In this document: positions 38,830 through 51,625 of the stretch, one piece after another
Position numbering within the stretch: position 1 is the first letter of the stretch
How the letters are laid out: every line of letters starts with the position of its first letter
Source: Lama glama
Taxonomy: Eukaryota
NCBI GenBank assembly: GCA_028534125.1
Contig: CM052845.1
Span: forward strand, 5,208,001 to 5,272,000
Direction of reading: 5' to 3'
Length of the DNA stretch: 64,000 nt
Notes under the pieces: generated by a model
The model's database searches: none
Seen by the model: the letters and a program-made list of their open reading frames with translations, nothing else
What the model was told of the DNA's origin: nothing
Made by a program: the position numbers and the translations under genes

Positions 38830-39043
38830 CAGTAGTCATCCTGGGGGCAACTTTGCCCACCATTCAAGGGGGAACATTTGTCAATGCCTAGAGACATTTC
38901 TGATGGGCTCAACCAAGGTCAGGGTGGTTCTACCAGCATGAAATGGTTGGAGCCCAGGGATGCTATGAAACTTCCTCCCGTTTCTGCCATGACAAAGATC
39001 ACTGGGCCCCAAATGTCAGTGGTGCTGAGGTTCAAGAAACATG
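38830..39043 (+). mobile_element. MER20
   Basis: CAGTAGT..GGGGGCAACTTTGCCC..GAGACATTT..CCAGGGATGCTA..GGCCCCAAATGTCAGTGGTGCTGAGGTT.AAGAAACATG; 8-bp TSD ACCTAAAT/ACCTACAT. Confidence 0.92.
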
Positions 39044-39339
39044 ACCTACATCAAAAGAATGTCTTCTTTACTTGTTTAATTTTAGGTCTTTCACCATCTC
39101 CTTTGTGACGGATGCTCAGTTACTAAAAACTATGCCCTGTAGGTATAAAACCTATTGTTGGGCGCTGCTTTTTCACCCCTTCTCTATGAAATCGGTTTAC
39201 ACAAATGAAAGCAGAAGAAATCAGTGCCTCCTAGATAATCCCAGGCAAGCATAAGCTAGAATTAGGCAGTAGGTAACCAGAACACTAAATGATTAGGAAA
39301 AATACAATCGCTACGCACTTCTGCTTACCCTGTGGTCTC

Positions 39340-39706
39340 CCTTCTATACCTCCTCTCAGCCCAAAATCCGATCATCCAAGATTTCTACTCTCTTCTTTCT
39401 AAATAGTTTTCTCCCCTGTGTCCACCAGCACAATTTTACTGGGTTTATTTCTGTGAGGGACGAAGTGCATGTTTCCTCTCAGTGAGGCTGGGAGAGGAAA
39501 GGCTGAGAACATCATTTTCTCCTATCGCCTTGATGAGGAAGAAAACTCTTACAAACGTGAAACTTTTCTCATCTCCCCTTTCTGTCTGATTTTTCATCTC
39601 CCGTATCTACATTCGTAACCATCTTATTGTATATGTGTCTTTTATTGTCAGCCAGCTCAAATCCTTTTGTGAAAGTAGGCAGGGTATAAATTACAAATAA
39701 ATAAAT
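39340..39706 (+). mobile_element. L2 (L2d2-like 3' end) fragments
   Basis: Terminal TGTCAGCCAGCTCAAATCCTTTTGTGAAAGTAGGCAGGGTATAAAT..AAATAAATAAAT; upstream part more degenerate. Confidence 0.6.
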
Positions 39707-39743
39707 GCCACCCAGAAGAACCCTTTACTGCGAGCGCCATGTG

Positions 39744-39753
39744 CTATTTATAG
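39744..39753. promoter_or_regulatory. consensus MEF2 site
   Basis: CTATTTATAG fits CTA(A/T)4TAG, with symmetric flanks TG..CA, in unique sequence. Confidence 0.45.
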
Positions 39754-41254
39754 CAGGTTTCACACAGCCTTCATCAATGAACTGCCACCAGTCAGTGTTG
39801 TTAAAATGATTTCTTACAACGAAGGAGCATTATCATGTTTTCCAAGCAGGCAAGGCAATGAGTTATTATAACTTCCACTCAACTTCTTATTAAGAACTGA
39901 ACCGCCTCAGAGCGAGAGCTGGTTTCCCAGTGGGGTGAGGAGACCTTGGACGAGTGACAGGACAAGTGGAAGACCCACACTTCATGGGTTAAGAGAAGAT
40001 GTGTGTTCTTTTCAAAGTCAAAATATTTGTGTATGGGTGTGGGGGGTGAGAGCATCTGGAACCCAAGCTGCACCACCTCCTTGGCAGTGGGGACCGCAGG
40101 AAACGTCTGTGCACAAATACTCAGAATGAGACACCTGGGACTGAGGCAGGAAGAAGAAGAGAATGTGGGGGTACACTCTCCCCACCATGGGATGCAGACT
40201 GTGGGGCCAAAGGATAGCGGGGAAAAAATAAAACCCTAGCAGACTCTTCTAAGAATCCGTAGCTGTTTTGTGTAACTGTGGGAAAATCCAGAGAGACACG
40301 GAACAACAACAAAAAATGTAAGAATTGTTTATTTACCTTATAATGGCACAAAAAGCACTTCAAAATCAGTATGTGCCTTCACATCATCTCTTTTCTCCCC
40401 TCCATCAGTATTTGTAACCTTTCAAAACAAAATAACTTGTCTCTCTGTACCCTGGAACTCAGTACACTTCTTCTAATGCTTTTAATTCTCTCAAATAGAT
40501 CCACCTAGGTCACCCTGGGCCCAGGAGATGAATTCACACAGCTCTGGCAGGAGCTATCCAGTCAGTGCCGGAGGACCTGGGGATGCAAATCGTTCTCATT
40601 TTAGCGTTCCCATTAGTGGGGATGTGTTTTGTAGTCTCTGTTCTGTAAGCTTTGCTACTCCTTTGTGTGTTGCCTTGTTTAGTTTACAGTTTAACACTGA
40701 AGTAAAAATATGTAAGCTTCTTGGTTCCTGGGGAAAATGACACTGTGTTCATTTGCCGCGACTGAATGGAAATGCTCTGCGATTCTGGAAAAATGCTAAG
40801 AGCTCAACAAAAACAAACAAAAAAAATTTTTTTTTTAATCTCACTTCTGAGTTTACAAACCATTTTCCAAATAATCCTCACTAAAACTTTCACAATATTG
40901 GGAGAGCGATAATATCTGGACTGAGATTCAGATAGGTCAACGGGTCACAGAGTTAAAATGAGATGCCAGTGTTTTGTTTGTTTTTTTAGTTATGAAAACC
41001 ATGTTCTTCTCTGTAAATTCCAGTGGATGACCAGTTTGGACCAACCACTGGGCTTTGCTCTGGTTTCTTTTCAAGATTCTACCTTCCACACGACCATTTC
41101 TGTGGCTTCTGACCCGCAGGGAAGTGACTGTCTGATGCTCAACCCAGGCTCCATGACACCTCATCACTGCCTGCACTCCCTGCTTTGGGCCCCTGTGTGC
41201 CTGGAAGTTTGCACCGGACACCAGAAACTGCAGGTCTAGCCAGTTCTCTAAAAT

Positions 41255-41420
41255 TCTGACCAGGTATTTTAAAGGCTGTATCTGGAATCAAAATGGAAAA
41301 TGACCCTTCATCACAGTGAACGAGGATGAAATGAAGTGGTCACTATTGAACTAGGAGGAGTAGGTGCACCTAAAATAATTGACTGTGGTTTAGAAAAAGT
41401 CATTGTAAATCAGAAAAAGG
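41255..41420 (+). mobile_element. possible CR1/L3 fragment
   Basis: CAGGTATTTTAAAGGCTGT..GGA resembles the L3 ORF2 3' end; highly diverged. Confidence 0.3.
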
Positions 41421-41811
41421 AGGGACAGGAGACCATCTACAAGGGACTATTTATTTAGATTTTCAACCTGGCAGCCATGTTAAAAAGCATGTCAAGATTA
41501 ATGGTTGATTTACCTAAACATCATGGAGTTGTAATCCCAACTTTTGGCACACAGAGTCATATCCCCAGGGGAGCAGAAAATGTCAAGGAATATTGCAGGG
41601 AGCGTGGCTGCAGGCCTTACTCTCAACTGTGCTGCTGGGGGGGGGGGGAGGCGGAGAGCCCTACAGAGGAGACCCCAGGCACACTGACTCCATGAGAATT
41701 AAGGGGGACCCACACTGTTCTAACTGCAAGTTGAGAACTGAGAAGCAACTCCTCTTCGGTAAGGAGGAAGCCGATCATTAAAGCTAAAGTCCACTGGTTC
41801 AGGACAGGACA

Positions 41812-41952
41812 GAAGCTTCTCAAAAAACTAAAATTAGAACTACTATATGATCCAGCAATTCCATTCCTGGATATATATGTTAAAAAAACAAAAACACTAA
41901 TTTGAAAATCACACGCACAATTTACAACTGCCAAGATATGGAAGCAACCTAC
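41812..41952 (+). mobile_element. L1 ORF2 C-terminal fragment
   Basis: CTCAAAAAACTAAAATTAGAACTACTATATGATCCAGCAATTCCATTCCTGGATATATAT..GCCAAGATATGGAAGCAACCTA (LKLELLYDPAIPFLDIY). Confidence 0.92.
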
Positions 41953-42449
41953 GGAGGGACACGGAATTCTCTGGAGATCACATCCCTGAAGCGAGGGCTT
42001 GCCCTTCATGTCACTGCCTCATCCACTGCAGGAGAGCACACAAGGTCAATCCAGGGTCACGCCTCGCCTTTACGCTGGTGTACCCAGTCTCACAGGGCAC
42101 TCTGCCCTCCCTAGCCGTTATCACCTTCAGGCCAGAAGGGCTCAGGCAAGAGACAGGTCTAGGCTGACTCAGTCCTCTCCCCCAGGGCGTGTGGGGTCCA
42201 CCCTGCTCCACTGCCCTCCGAGTTCTCAGCCACTGACTGTGGTTTTTCCAGAGCCCCTTTCTTTATCCAGAACTACCCCTCGACATTCCCACATCTCCAC
42301 ATACTGCCTGTCAGTGGATCCTCACCTCCTGGATAATATACAATCATATGAAATATGAAAATAAGTTAGCCAGGTTCAAACGGGCTCTGAAGAAAGGTCA
42401 GGAGCCAGGAACTGCGGATCACCAAGCTCTATCACAACTATAAACAATC

Positions 42450-42570
42450 CCTGTACATATCACATGAGGTCAGACCTTAAGGGAGAGCATGGCCAACATC
42501 CTCATACTACAGGTGAAGAAACTGAGTCCCAGGGAGGTAAAATACGCTGAGTAAGAGCTCCGAGCAGAAT
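42450..42570 (-). mobile_element. MIR SINE
   Basis: CCTCAT..TACAGGTGAAGAAACTGAGTCCCAGGGAGGTAAAAT. Confidence 0.75.
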
Positions 42571-42794
42571 CAGAGTAAGTTCCTCGTCACCTGCCCTGTC
42601 CAGACTACTCGCCGTGGAAGTGCGTATCTTAGGCACTTTTCTGCTTCAGTCAACCCTAATTCCCCTACTCTGGACATGCGCTCTGGTGACAAAGACAAAT
42701 GAGGCTGAACGCCTAATGATCTGAGCAAACTGGGGCAACAACTTTCTAACAGTGGACTGTGGAGCTGTCCAGCAGGGCCTGGTGCAGGGGAACA

Positions 42795-42965
42795 GTATTC
42801 GACTGAGTTAGAAGACCTGTGTTGAGCGGCTGACACTGACCAGTTCTGTGACTTTGAGTGAATCATCGAGCCTGTCTGGTTCTCATTCCACCTTGCATAA
42901 CATGAGGCAGTAGGGTCAAATGATTTCTTACACTCCTTCCTTCCAACTAAAAGAGTCTGCAATTT
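42795..42965 (+). mobile_element. MIR (MIR3-like) SINE
   Basis: GAGTTAGAAGACCTGTGTT..CACTGACCAGTTCTGTGACTTTGAGTGAATCA. Confidence 0.65.
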
Positions 42966-44364
42966 CACAAAGCAGAGATCACAGATCCACCCTCCAGAGA
43001 AACCGCTTACATTCACAAATGATGACTGCTGAGCACAGAGACTTCCCTGTGCTGTCTCAAATCATTGAGATCCCAAAGTACGCCCTTGGGAGAAGCCTGG
43101 CTTACATTAGGGATGAAGTCTGTAACCTTCTGGCAGACTTTCCCCCCACTTTGTAAACTTTGTACTCTTGGCTCTGAATTAATCATAGTATCTTGGTAAC
43201 ACTTCAAACCAGTTAACTGAATTAGATAGAGAAGATTTAACTAGCCTTTTTTCCTCCTCTCTAGGAATCACTAGATGAAACAGAGAAACTCAATCAGATG
43301 GAACAGTCCTAAAATTCTAGAGAAAATCTAGGAAATTCAACAAAACAGGAATTCATCCCTAGAAAGAGCCAGACCAGTCTCAACACACTTAACTGCCAAG
43401 GTAGTCCTGATTTGAGGACACAGAACAGAGAAGGACACTCTTGCTTCACAGAGGCTATTAAGACTTAGCTTTGTCTTTTCCTCTGCGCCTGGTATAATCA
43501 GTCTAGACGACTTAGCCATTGTTGGAGGAACAGTAAACTATCCATAAAGTTACCCTTATTTTCTGAGATCAAGACTGCTCAGAATTCAAATGAGGGCCCA
43601 TTAATCCCTGATCATACACTGATCATTCAAAGAAAATGTAAGCCGGTGGGGGGAAGACAGATCTATGCACACAAGAGTATTTGTAGATGCTCCAAGTTGC
43701 TGAAATAGAGTCTTCACCACTAATTCCACTATCACAACAACCTTTCTTGTAAGTAGATGAAGTCCAGTATAAAATATCCAGAGTTCATCTGTTGTCAGGA
43801 AAGCAGTTTTATTACATTTGTTTCATTGGATTCATCAACTTCAGTTCAGAGAATAAAAGACAAAATTAAAACCTTTCCACATGTAAGTTTCTATTATATG
43901 TTTTCCCCCCCAAGGTAAAATTTAAAAGAGGTTGTCAGGTTAGAAAAGATTCAAATAATTCAATAAAAAGATGAAGTGAAAAAAAGGTGGGAAGGAAAAA
44001 AACATGGTTACACCAAAATTACAAAACAATTCTGGGTCTAGGCATCATATGATCTCAACATTTCTATGACTCGGAGGGGAACTGAAGATTGTGATAAATA
44101 GACCATACACTACAGCACAGAAGTTACGGCTGGGTGCTAGAATCTGTATGCACTTTTGTGAAACTAAAGCGTATCTCATTCCTAGCTAGGAGATGACTGA
44201 GTGATTTAAAAAATGCCCATGTTCAAGTAGCTTTCCACTCCAATTTAAAACAACAGAAAACATGGCCACTGTTATTTAGGGAAGAAATTAGGTTTGCTAT
44301 TCAAATGGTGCCGGGAATTGAGAAGACAAATGGCCAACACAAAAAGCAAGAGGATAGATGCACT

Positions 44365-44570
44365 GGATATAAACGGTACCCCGGTCTGGTCCCCATCTTT
44401 GCACCAAAGAAACCCACCAGGATATCCACACCAAGGATGCAGCATCAGACAGGAATTTGACTGTGCTTGCATCCTCAGGTTGATTTCTTCATCTATATAA
44501 GTAAGAGGTTGGACAAGTCTAGATAATTATGATGATTCTATCCAGATTAAACAATCACTAATTCTATGAT
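44365..44570 (+). mobile_element. MIR3-like SINE
   Basis: TTTCTTCATCTATATAA.TAAGAGGTTGGAC..ATTCTATGAT. Confidence 0.5.
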
Positions 44571-47500
44571 ATATACAGATATGTTCTAGAAGGGGCCATC
44601 CCATGGGGAATCTCTAATATTACATCACCACGAGTGAGTCTCATACTCTGATATAGCATTCAGCCAGCTCCTCACAGCAACTATGACAGCAAGCATGTCC
44701 TTTATCCCCTTCATATACCTAGATTCTTTTTGAACCTATAAAACCTATCACTCTAGGGTTATGTAGAACCTAGTAATTTGATACCTAATACATTTCTGAA
44801 AACATCAGGGTCAGTATTTTTTTTTAAAGGACAATTGTTTGTTGAGTTGGAAACTTTCTAAAGTTCACTACTAAGGAAAAGGAAAGAGTCAAAATAGGAA
44901 GTATTTCTTTGATTCTAAAAGATACATTGCACTTTTTACACTGGCATCTTTGAAATCTGATTGTGTTTTATAGCTGATAACATCTTAAAATTTAAAAAGT
45001 GGTCTTTTTTTAGTGGTATATCAAGTAATGGTTCATCTTCAAATTTATAGCATCTTAAAGTCTATGAAATGTGATGTTGTCTGTCACATGTACACCAAAC
45101 TCACATTTTTCCTTCCAACAATGACAACAACCAAAAAAGACAGTGTAGTAAATACAGAAGGAGCAAAAAGACAGCCTTTTTTTTTTTTTAAATAAAGCGC
45201 TATCAACTGGAGAACGGTATGTGGACTTTTCTGCAATGGGACTATTTGAAAATCTTGGGTTATTTTCCACAGAAACAAAAGGGCTGGATTTTTCTAAGTA
45301 AAGAAGGCTGCATTCTTGGACAGAAGACCTACATGCAATAAATTATTCACCAGGGAAAAGACTGCACACCTACTATGAAGGGAATGGTGATCAATTAATA
45401 TAACAAAGGTGCCCTGAGTGTGCTCAGAACCCCCACCCCCCAGCTCCTCTGTCATCACAAGATGATGAATCAAATTAGGGAAGAAATCACTAGATTAATG
45501 AAGCCAAGTGATTATGCCTGAACATTATCATTCAGAACTCAAAACTCTACCTTAAAGGTCATTCATCGGGTTTTACTCTAGGGAGCAAGTACAAAACTGG
45601 TAAGAAAAAAATGGGGAAGAGGCTAATAAGATTCACTTGTTTCTGTCTTATGTTTAAAAATCCCTGTATACATTTTGTTCACATCGGTGCTTAATTTAGA
45701 AAGATGAATGAAGTTGTTGCCTTTTAAACCATGTTTTAGCAGATTAAGGGTTAAGGGGTCCCTGGGAGTGGGGCATCACTTTCTCCAGATGTAGACTTAG
45801 CACACACTAGGCTATGAGTACTCAAGTGTTCCCCGATGTGCTCAGAGCTGGTCTAGAGTTTTACTAAGTGAATTAATCTCTGGTACCAACAAGTCAGATG
45901 TCCAAGAAAAGACACCAGCAACTACAAACCAGCAAGGCAGTTTCATACATAGATTTGGGCTTATGTATATGTATATTTGCCTGATATTATTATCCAAAAA
46001 ATGCCTGAACTTGTACAGAGCAGTAATGAAACATCTCTTTTGCGAGAGCACTGAGGATGCCTAGATGATGCATATTCCCAGCCTGTGCTCTAGGGAGACT
46101 AATAGCAACACAGAGAGTGGAAATTGTACCTTGCCAGCTCTGCTTTAATCATTTTCAAGCACTTGTATCTTTCAGATGGCTTTGAACCCAGATGAGCTGA
46201 AGGCTACATGTGCCTCGCTATAAACGCAACACCTTACAGAATCTAATCATTTTCATTCATTTCTAGCCTAGGAGCATGGTTTCCATGGTTTACCAAGCAC
46301 CGTAATCACATATATGCATATAGCTAATCAGAGAGTTAAATTCCAAGGGGAGGCTATATTTTAATCTTTGGGTTATAATTACCATCTGAAACGAGGTCCT
46401 ATACAAAATACATATGGATTTTTTACGAGTTTCCAAGATATTATGATTATTATTTTAGCACTTATAAGATACTCTAAGAGCACTGTACAGAGTTTGTAAC
46501 TTTAGACTTTCTTATACATGGAGATTTCTTTCTTTGCATTTTTAAAAAAATTTGAGAGCCTGAGGGAGAGAAACCCACGTGGTATTCTGCAGACACAGCG
46601 GAACGTGGTGTCAGCTGCCCTTTGCTGCCTACAGCTCCCGTTAGTACTGATGAGAAGAAGGCCAGACATATCAAGAGGAAAAAAGAGACCCCACGGGTTC
46701 TAAACCAGAGCTCAGAAATCATCCCACTATCTGCCAACGAGCAATTTAAAGCCTTATTTATTGCTACTCACTCCACTTTCAGGCATCTCAGTGAGCATCA
46801 GTGGCACCCGTGTTTGCTTATTACAAAACCAGTCTTGCTTACTTTCAACAGAGTTTTTAGATCAATAGTCATCGGGACATAGACTGCAGACTCTGCCTTG
46901 AGAACTGAAGCCAGTATGTCTTCAACGAAAAATGAAATGCACTTATTGTATCTGGAACTAATGTGCCCTAAAAGTAAAGCAAACATTGATATCCCAGGCA
47001 CACATAAAAACCAAGATGTATCACTAAGTGTGTAAAATGTACACTGCATGTATTCAATAATCATACTCCATTTTCCATAACGGGAAACAAGATACAACGA
47101 CAGCTATAATTCACTAACCCCTTTTTCCTTCTGCGAGCACTGCATTGTTTTATTACAATATAGCCATCCTGCCACATTACATTTTACGGTATGTGTACAA
47201 GAACCATAAATAACACTGGCCCCTCCACAATACGCAGCAACCACTCTCCCAGCTTTGGTGATACTTGCAACTTTGTGTTTTATGTGAATTTCACATTTTG
47301 TTGATGTGTTCGCAATGAAACTGGTACTGCCCAGAAGAGAAATTATTTTACATTTCCATTAAAAGCTACAGTAGTAAATAAACCATCAGAGTTCATGGAG
47401 ATATCCACTAGAACATCAAGGGGAGCCCATTAAAATGCCAGACCTTGTGTTAAACATTTGATAAAAGAGCACCTATAAGGCACACTTCTAACATTTTTTT

Positions 47501-48084
47501 TCCAAGTGATAGAGTTTTAAAGATATTTTATAATGCTGTACCAAGCTCTGCAGAACACTCAAAAATCAAGGCAAGTTTATGTTTGTCAGTGAAGCAGCTG
47601 TATAGTTCATCTCCGTGGAAGGCCCTGTTAGGGCTGGAAATGAAACAGTGGTATCGGAGAACAGATAAAAGGGTACCAGAGACTGCTGAGGTTCACAGAC
47701 AGCTGGGTTAAAATACACACACACACACCCCCACCCACGCACCCACCCACCCAGGCTCCCACTTTCAAAATGAGTACGTAGTAGATCACAATAATTAAGG
47801 GTGATAAATAATGATTAACATTCCTGTAATTGAAAAAGGCCCTATTTTAAAGAATAAATTAACAAGGAGGTTGACAGAGGCAAACGCATATATGGAATGT
47901 GACTCCAAACAGCAGGCTGACAGAGAAGAGGGAAAAACCAGCACAATTCATCCGTAAATTAATTTAGGGAGATACTGTGAATGGTTTTAAATTCTCCATT
48001 TAGGTTTTCCCTTTAAAAATGGAGTTGCAGTTAAATAAAAAAGAATAAGGGAACACCTATGTATGAACATCACTCTTACTTACA

Positions 48085-48260
48085 TCCTTGAATTTAAATC
48101 TTAGGACTATCCAGAGGTGGGCAGTAGCATCACTTTTGTTTCTGTAAGGGAGAAAAAATCAGCTTAGAAGGAGGAAGTCATCCAAGAGCACACAGCCAGT
48201 GGTGGTGGGAAGCAGGGTTTGAATTCCTCCTCTGTTGATTCCACAGCTCAGGGGTTTTGT
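48085..48260 (-). mobile_element. MIR SINE
   Basis: CCAAGAGCACACAGCCAGT..GAAGCAGGGTTTGAATTCC..TCTGTTGATTCCA.AGCTCA. Confidence 0.7.
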
Positions 48261-48809
48261 GCATGAATGTGCAAATCAAACACAAAACTAAATCAATCAT
48301 TACTGAACATGAGTATTGTGAACGGATGATCAACGACACCGATTTTCAAGGCCGATCTTGTCTGCTCCTTGAGCACTGCGGTGTGACACAGGTCCTGGCT
48401 TTCCCACGGGCTCTCCTCCGTGCTCTGGTAAACACTGGCCCCAACTCGGATGGTTTGCTCACTACTGTAGCTTTTTTTCCTAATGGACATGTAAGTTCCT
48501 TTCTCTTTTGGGCAGTACCGATTTCAAGGCAAACACGTAGACCAAAGGTGAAGAAAAGCATTTCTGAGAATGAGAATAATGCACAGGAATTGATTAAGGA
48601 ATGAAAGAGATCTTGGATGGCTGCTTCCCCTATGGATAAACCTTACACACTAGTCTAAACTCTAATCCACCAGTGTCGCATGAGGGAAGGTGATGGGGCA
48701 TAGTGCACTCACAAAATGCGTGCTCTATGGTGACTTTCAGTTTTGTAGAGGAAAAATAGGAATAATGTAATGAATTTCTTATAAAGCTAGATTTATTTAA
48801 AATCAGGAA

Positions 48810-48900
48810 GGGGAGGGTATAGCTCTGTGGTAGGGTATGTGCTTAGCATGCACCAGTCCTAGGTTCAATCGCCAATATCGCCATTAAAAATAAATAAAAA
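48810..48900 (+). mobile_element. camelid tRNA(Ala)-derived SINE (vic-1 type)
   Basis: GGGGAGGGTATAGCTCTGTGGTAG..GTGCTTAGCATGCAC..GTCCTAGGTTCAATC..ATTAAAAATAAATAAAAA. Confidence 0.92.
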
Positions 48901-49095
48901 CAGGAGTTTGGGATTAACAGGTATACAATACTATATAGAAAATAAACAAGGACCTACTGTATAGCACAGGGAACTTAATTCAATGTATTGTAATGAGCCG
49001 TAATGGAAAAGAAACTGAACATATATGTATATACACCTGAAAACTAATATAAATTGACTATACTTCAATTAAAATAAAATAAAATAAAATAAAAT
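48901..49095 (+). mobile_element. cetartiodactyl-type L1 3' UTR with (TAAAA)n tail
   Basis: GGAGTTTGGGATTAACAG..AACAAGGACCTACTGTATAGCACAGGGAACT..AATTGACTATACTTCAATTAAAA; same family as 8507-9085. Confidence 0.93.
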
Positions 49096-50204
49096 GCATA
49101 ACTCTGAGATTGTATGTTGCTGTTGTAAAATGTCCTTTTCTAAATAAAATAATAATTTTGGAAAATGGCCCTTATGTCTTAATGTCCTTCCTTAAAATAA
49201 AATTAATTAAAAGCTGGCAACACTAGGCGAGTCCATCCTCTTACAGAGAGGGGTGGGGAGTAATTTTACTCATCTCTGAAATCCCTAAGTCTGATAGCCA
49301 TGCACTGCTCTGAACCAGAAAGGCCAAGCCACAGCATCAGTTCACTTTTGTACAGCGGGACTAAACAAATGGGGAAGCCAAAAGACGAGCATGCTGGAGC
49401 AAGAAAAAGGGAGAAAACCAATCTGGGGAAAAACTCAGGCATCAGGGAATAATGAAGTTATCACAAAAAATAATAAAAATAAAATAAAATGTACGCCTCG
49501 GGTGTTCACAGCCCATTTTCTGTTCCTGAGCCCAAAGTAATAGAGATTTTACTCTGCCAAAGAAAGTAATAAGGGGAACAAAGAAACATCAAAATGACTC
49601 AAAGCTTGACACAACAGATAGACTGACCAAACGCTTCCCAGGCTTGGTTTGTGATTGGTCCGACAGCCGCTGTGGAGAACACAACGTTGGCCATCACAGA
49701 TCAGACAGTGAGAAGAAATTACCATCCAAGAGGCATGAGGGGGGTGATCATTTATCCTTTTTGCTGACTCTACCACTTGGGGCTTGGATCCATTAGTCAT
49801 ATTGATTCTGGATCTCTCACCTTGACTGGTACAGAGCACTTCCGATGACAAAATCAAGTTGTTCACATTCTTCATTGTTTTACTTTCAAAGTAAATGTAT
49901 TTGTCACTGAGAAAACATGACTCCCACAGTCTACAGCCCTAAAACAGGGAGATCATGGTGGCTTAGAAAGAATGTATTAGCTCAGCCTGGAAAAGGATGA
50001 GCTACTACAGGTTAAGTGAAGAGGGGATGAAGTAGGACCACATGGTTTAGGAAGAGAGAATAATGGATGCAAACCTTAACATGATCTCACGTCAACAACT
50101 TATTACAATGTGAGAATACCACAGAGGCAGAACTGGTACCCCAAACATGATGATGGCATGCTATGGGCAAAGAGTGAAATACAGCAATAAAGTGTTAATG
50201 GATT

Positions 50205-50460
50205 TTATTACCTATCTACTACTACTACTGTGTGCTATGTGTTAGGAACTAAGGCAAATGCTATGATATTATCTCACTGAAATTAATCTTCACAGCATCC
50301 TTAGGAGGCATTATTATCTCATTTTGCACACGGGGACCCTGAAGTTCAGAAAGGTTATAAAATTAGTCCAAGATCAAACAGTTAATACAAGGGGGTGCTT
50401 GGATTGAACTCAACCTGTCTGACTTAGGATTCCAAGATCCATGCTCTTAAATAATGTGAT
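50205..50460 (-). mobile_element. MIR SINE, near full length
   Basis: TAATCTTCACAGCATCCT..GAGG..TATTATCTCATTTTGCA..TGAAGTTCAGAAAGGTTA..GTCCAAGATCA.ACAG..GGATTGAACTCA..CCATGCTCTTAA. Confidence 0.88.
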
Positions 50461-51194
50461 TATAGTAAATAATACCTCCTTTGGATTTTAAAGGCCTCGC
50501 CTCAAAGATGGCTCTTCTCAAGGTCTTTACCTTTTCAAATAGGAAAAGTAATAGCTTCATTAAGAACAAACACAAAAACAAAACAGACTTTAACTTTCCT
50601 AATTATGAGGTTGAGAACCGGGGTCTGGAACCCAGGTCTCCTGTCTCCAACATGTCATGTGTCCTCTATGGTCATGTCAAATGAAGCTGGGTGGGGGGGA
50701 ATGTGTCCATCTTGGGTTCACCCCAGTGGAGAATGAGGTACATCCTTCAGGACCAGGCTGTGCTCTCCACTGTGTCCCTGTTGACACAGTTCAGCAGGCT
50801 TTCTACCCATAGGTGACTTCCTTAGCAGGATGGTGGCCTCAAGTGATTCTTCAGTGGTGTGGATTTCTAATCCACTGGCTTAAGGTCATGGATGCAATCT
50901 ATGGCTGTACAATGTGGCTTCTTTTCCCCACCATGTGAAGCAATTTGGGCCATTTGAGAAGTAGCAGCAGAGTGTAGATAAGGACCACCTCTCTGGGGAC
51001 CAGAACTTCTGCCTCCTGACTCACCAGGTTTCTCATACTGATTTCCTCTTTATCCAGCTCTTATGTGGATTCATCGCATCCTTCACTGCCCAGGTCATGT
51101 CCATCCAACACATGTAACTCCTTGATTAATCAGCAGAATCTAACAATCGTTTTGTTGGGGCTTTTTGTTTCCTCTTTTCGTTTAAGCGCTGCCT

Positions 51195-51305
51195 CAGCAT
51201 GTGTTTTCTGAGTGCCTGTTCCACACCAGGTAATCTGCTCGGGGCTGGCTATAGAAAGATGGATATGGTATGGTCTCCACTGCCTCCAGTGTGATTCCAG
51301 GCCAG
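51195..51305 (-). mobile_element. L2 3' end fragment
   Basis: TTCTGAGTGCCT..CCAGG..CTGCTCGGGGCTGG..ATGGTCTC..TGCCTCCAG. Confidence 0.55.
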
Positions 51306-51445
51306 TGGGTCTATGTTAATAACTCTCTCTTGATGCTGGGCTCAATTCCACCAAAAAATGTAGAGCACTTGCTTCATGGCAGCGACTATATCAGACACTG
51401 TGACCAGCACCTCAGCAAGCTTCTAGACTACAGCCAAGACTATCT

Positions 51446-51625
51446 CAGGGATTTCCAACCAAAACTGACACTTGGCAGGGCCTGGAGACGTTTTCGGTTG
51501 TCACTAAACAGGGTGTGAGATGCTACCAAGGATGCACTAAACATCCTACACTGAGCAGGACAGCCAAACACGACAAAGGCAGGTCCAGGCCCAAATGTCA
51601 ATGGTGCTGAGGGTGAGAACCCCAG
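51446..51625 (+). mobile_element. MER20 with internal deletions
   Basis: GACACTTGGCA..CTGGAGACGTTTTCGGTTGTCAC..AAACATCCTACA..GCAGGACAGCC..GGCCCAAATGTCAATGGTGCTGAGGGTGAGAACCCC. Confidence 0.9.
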
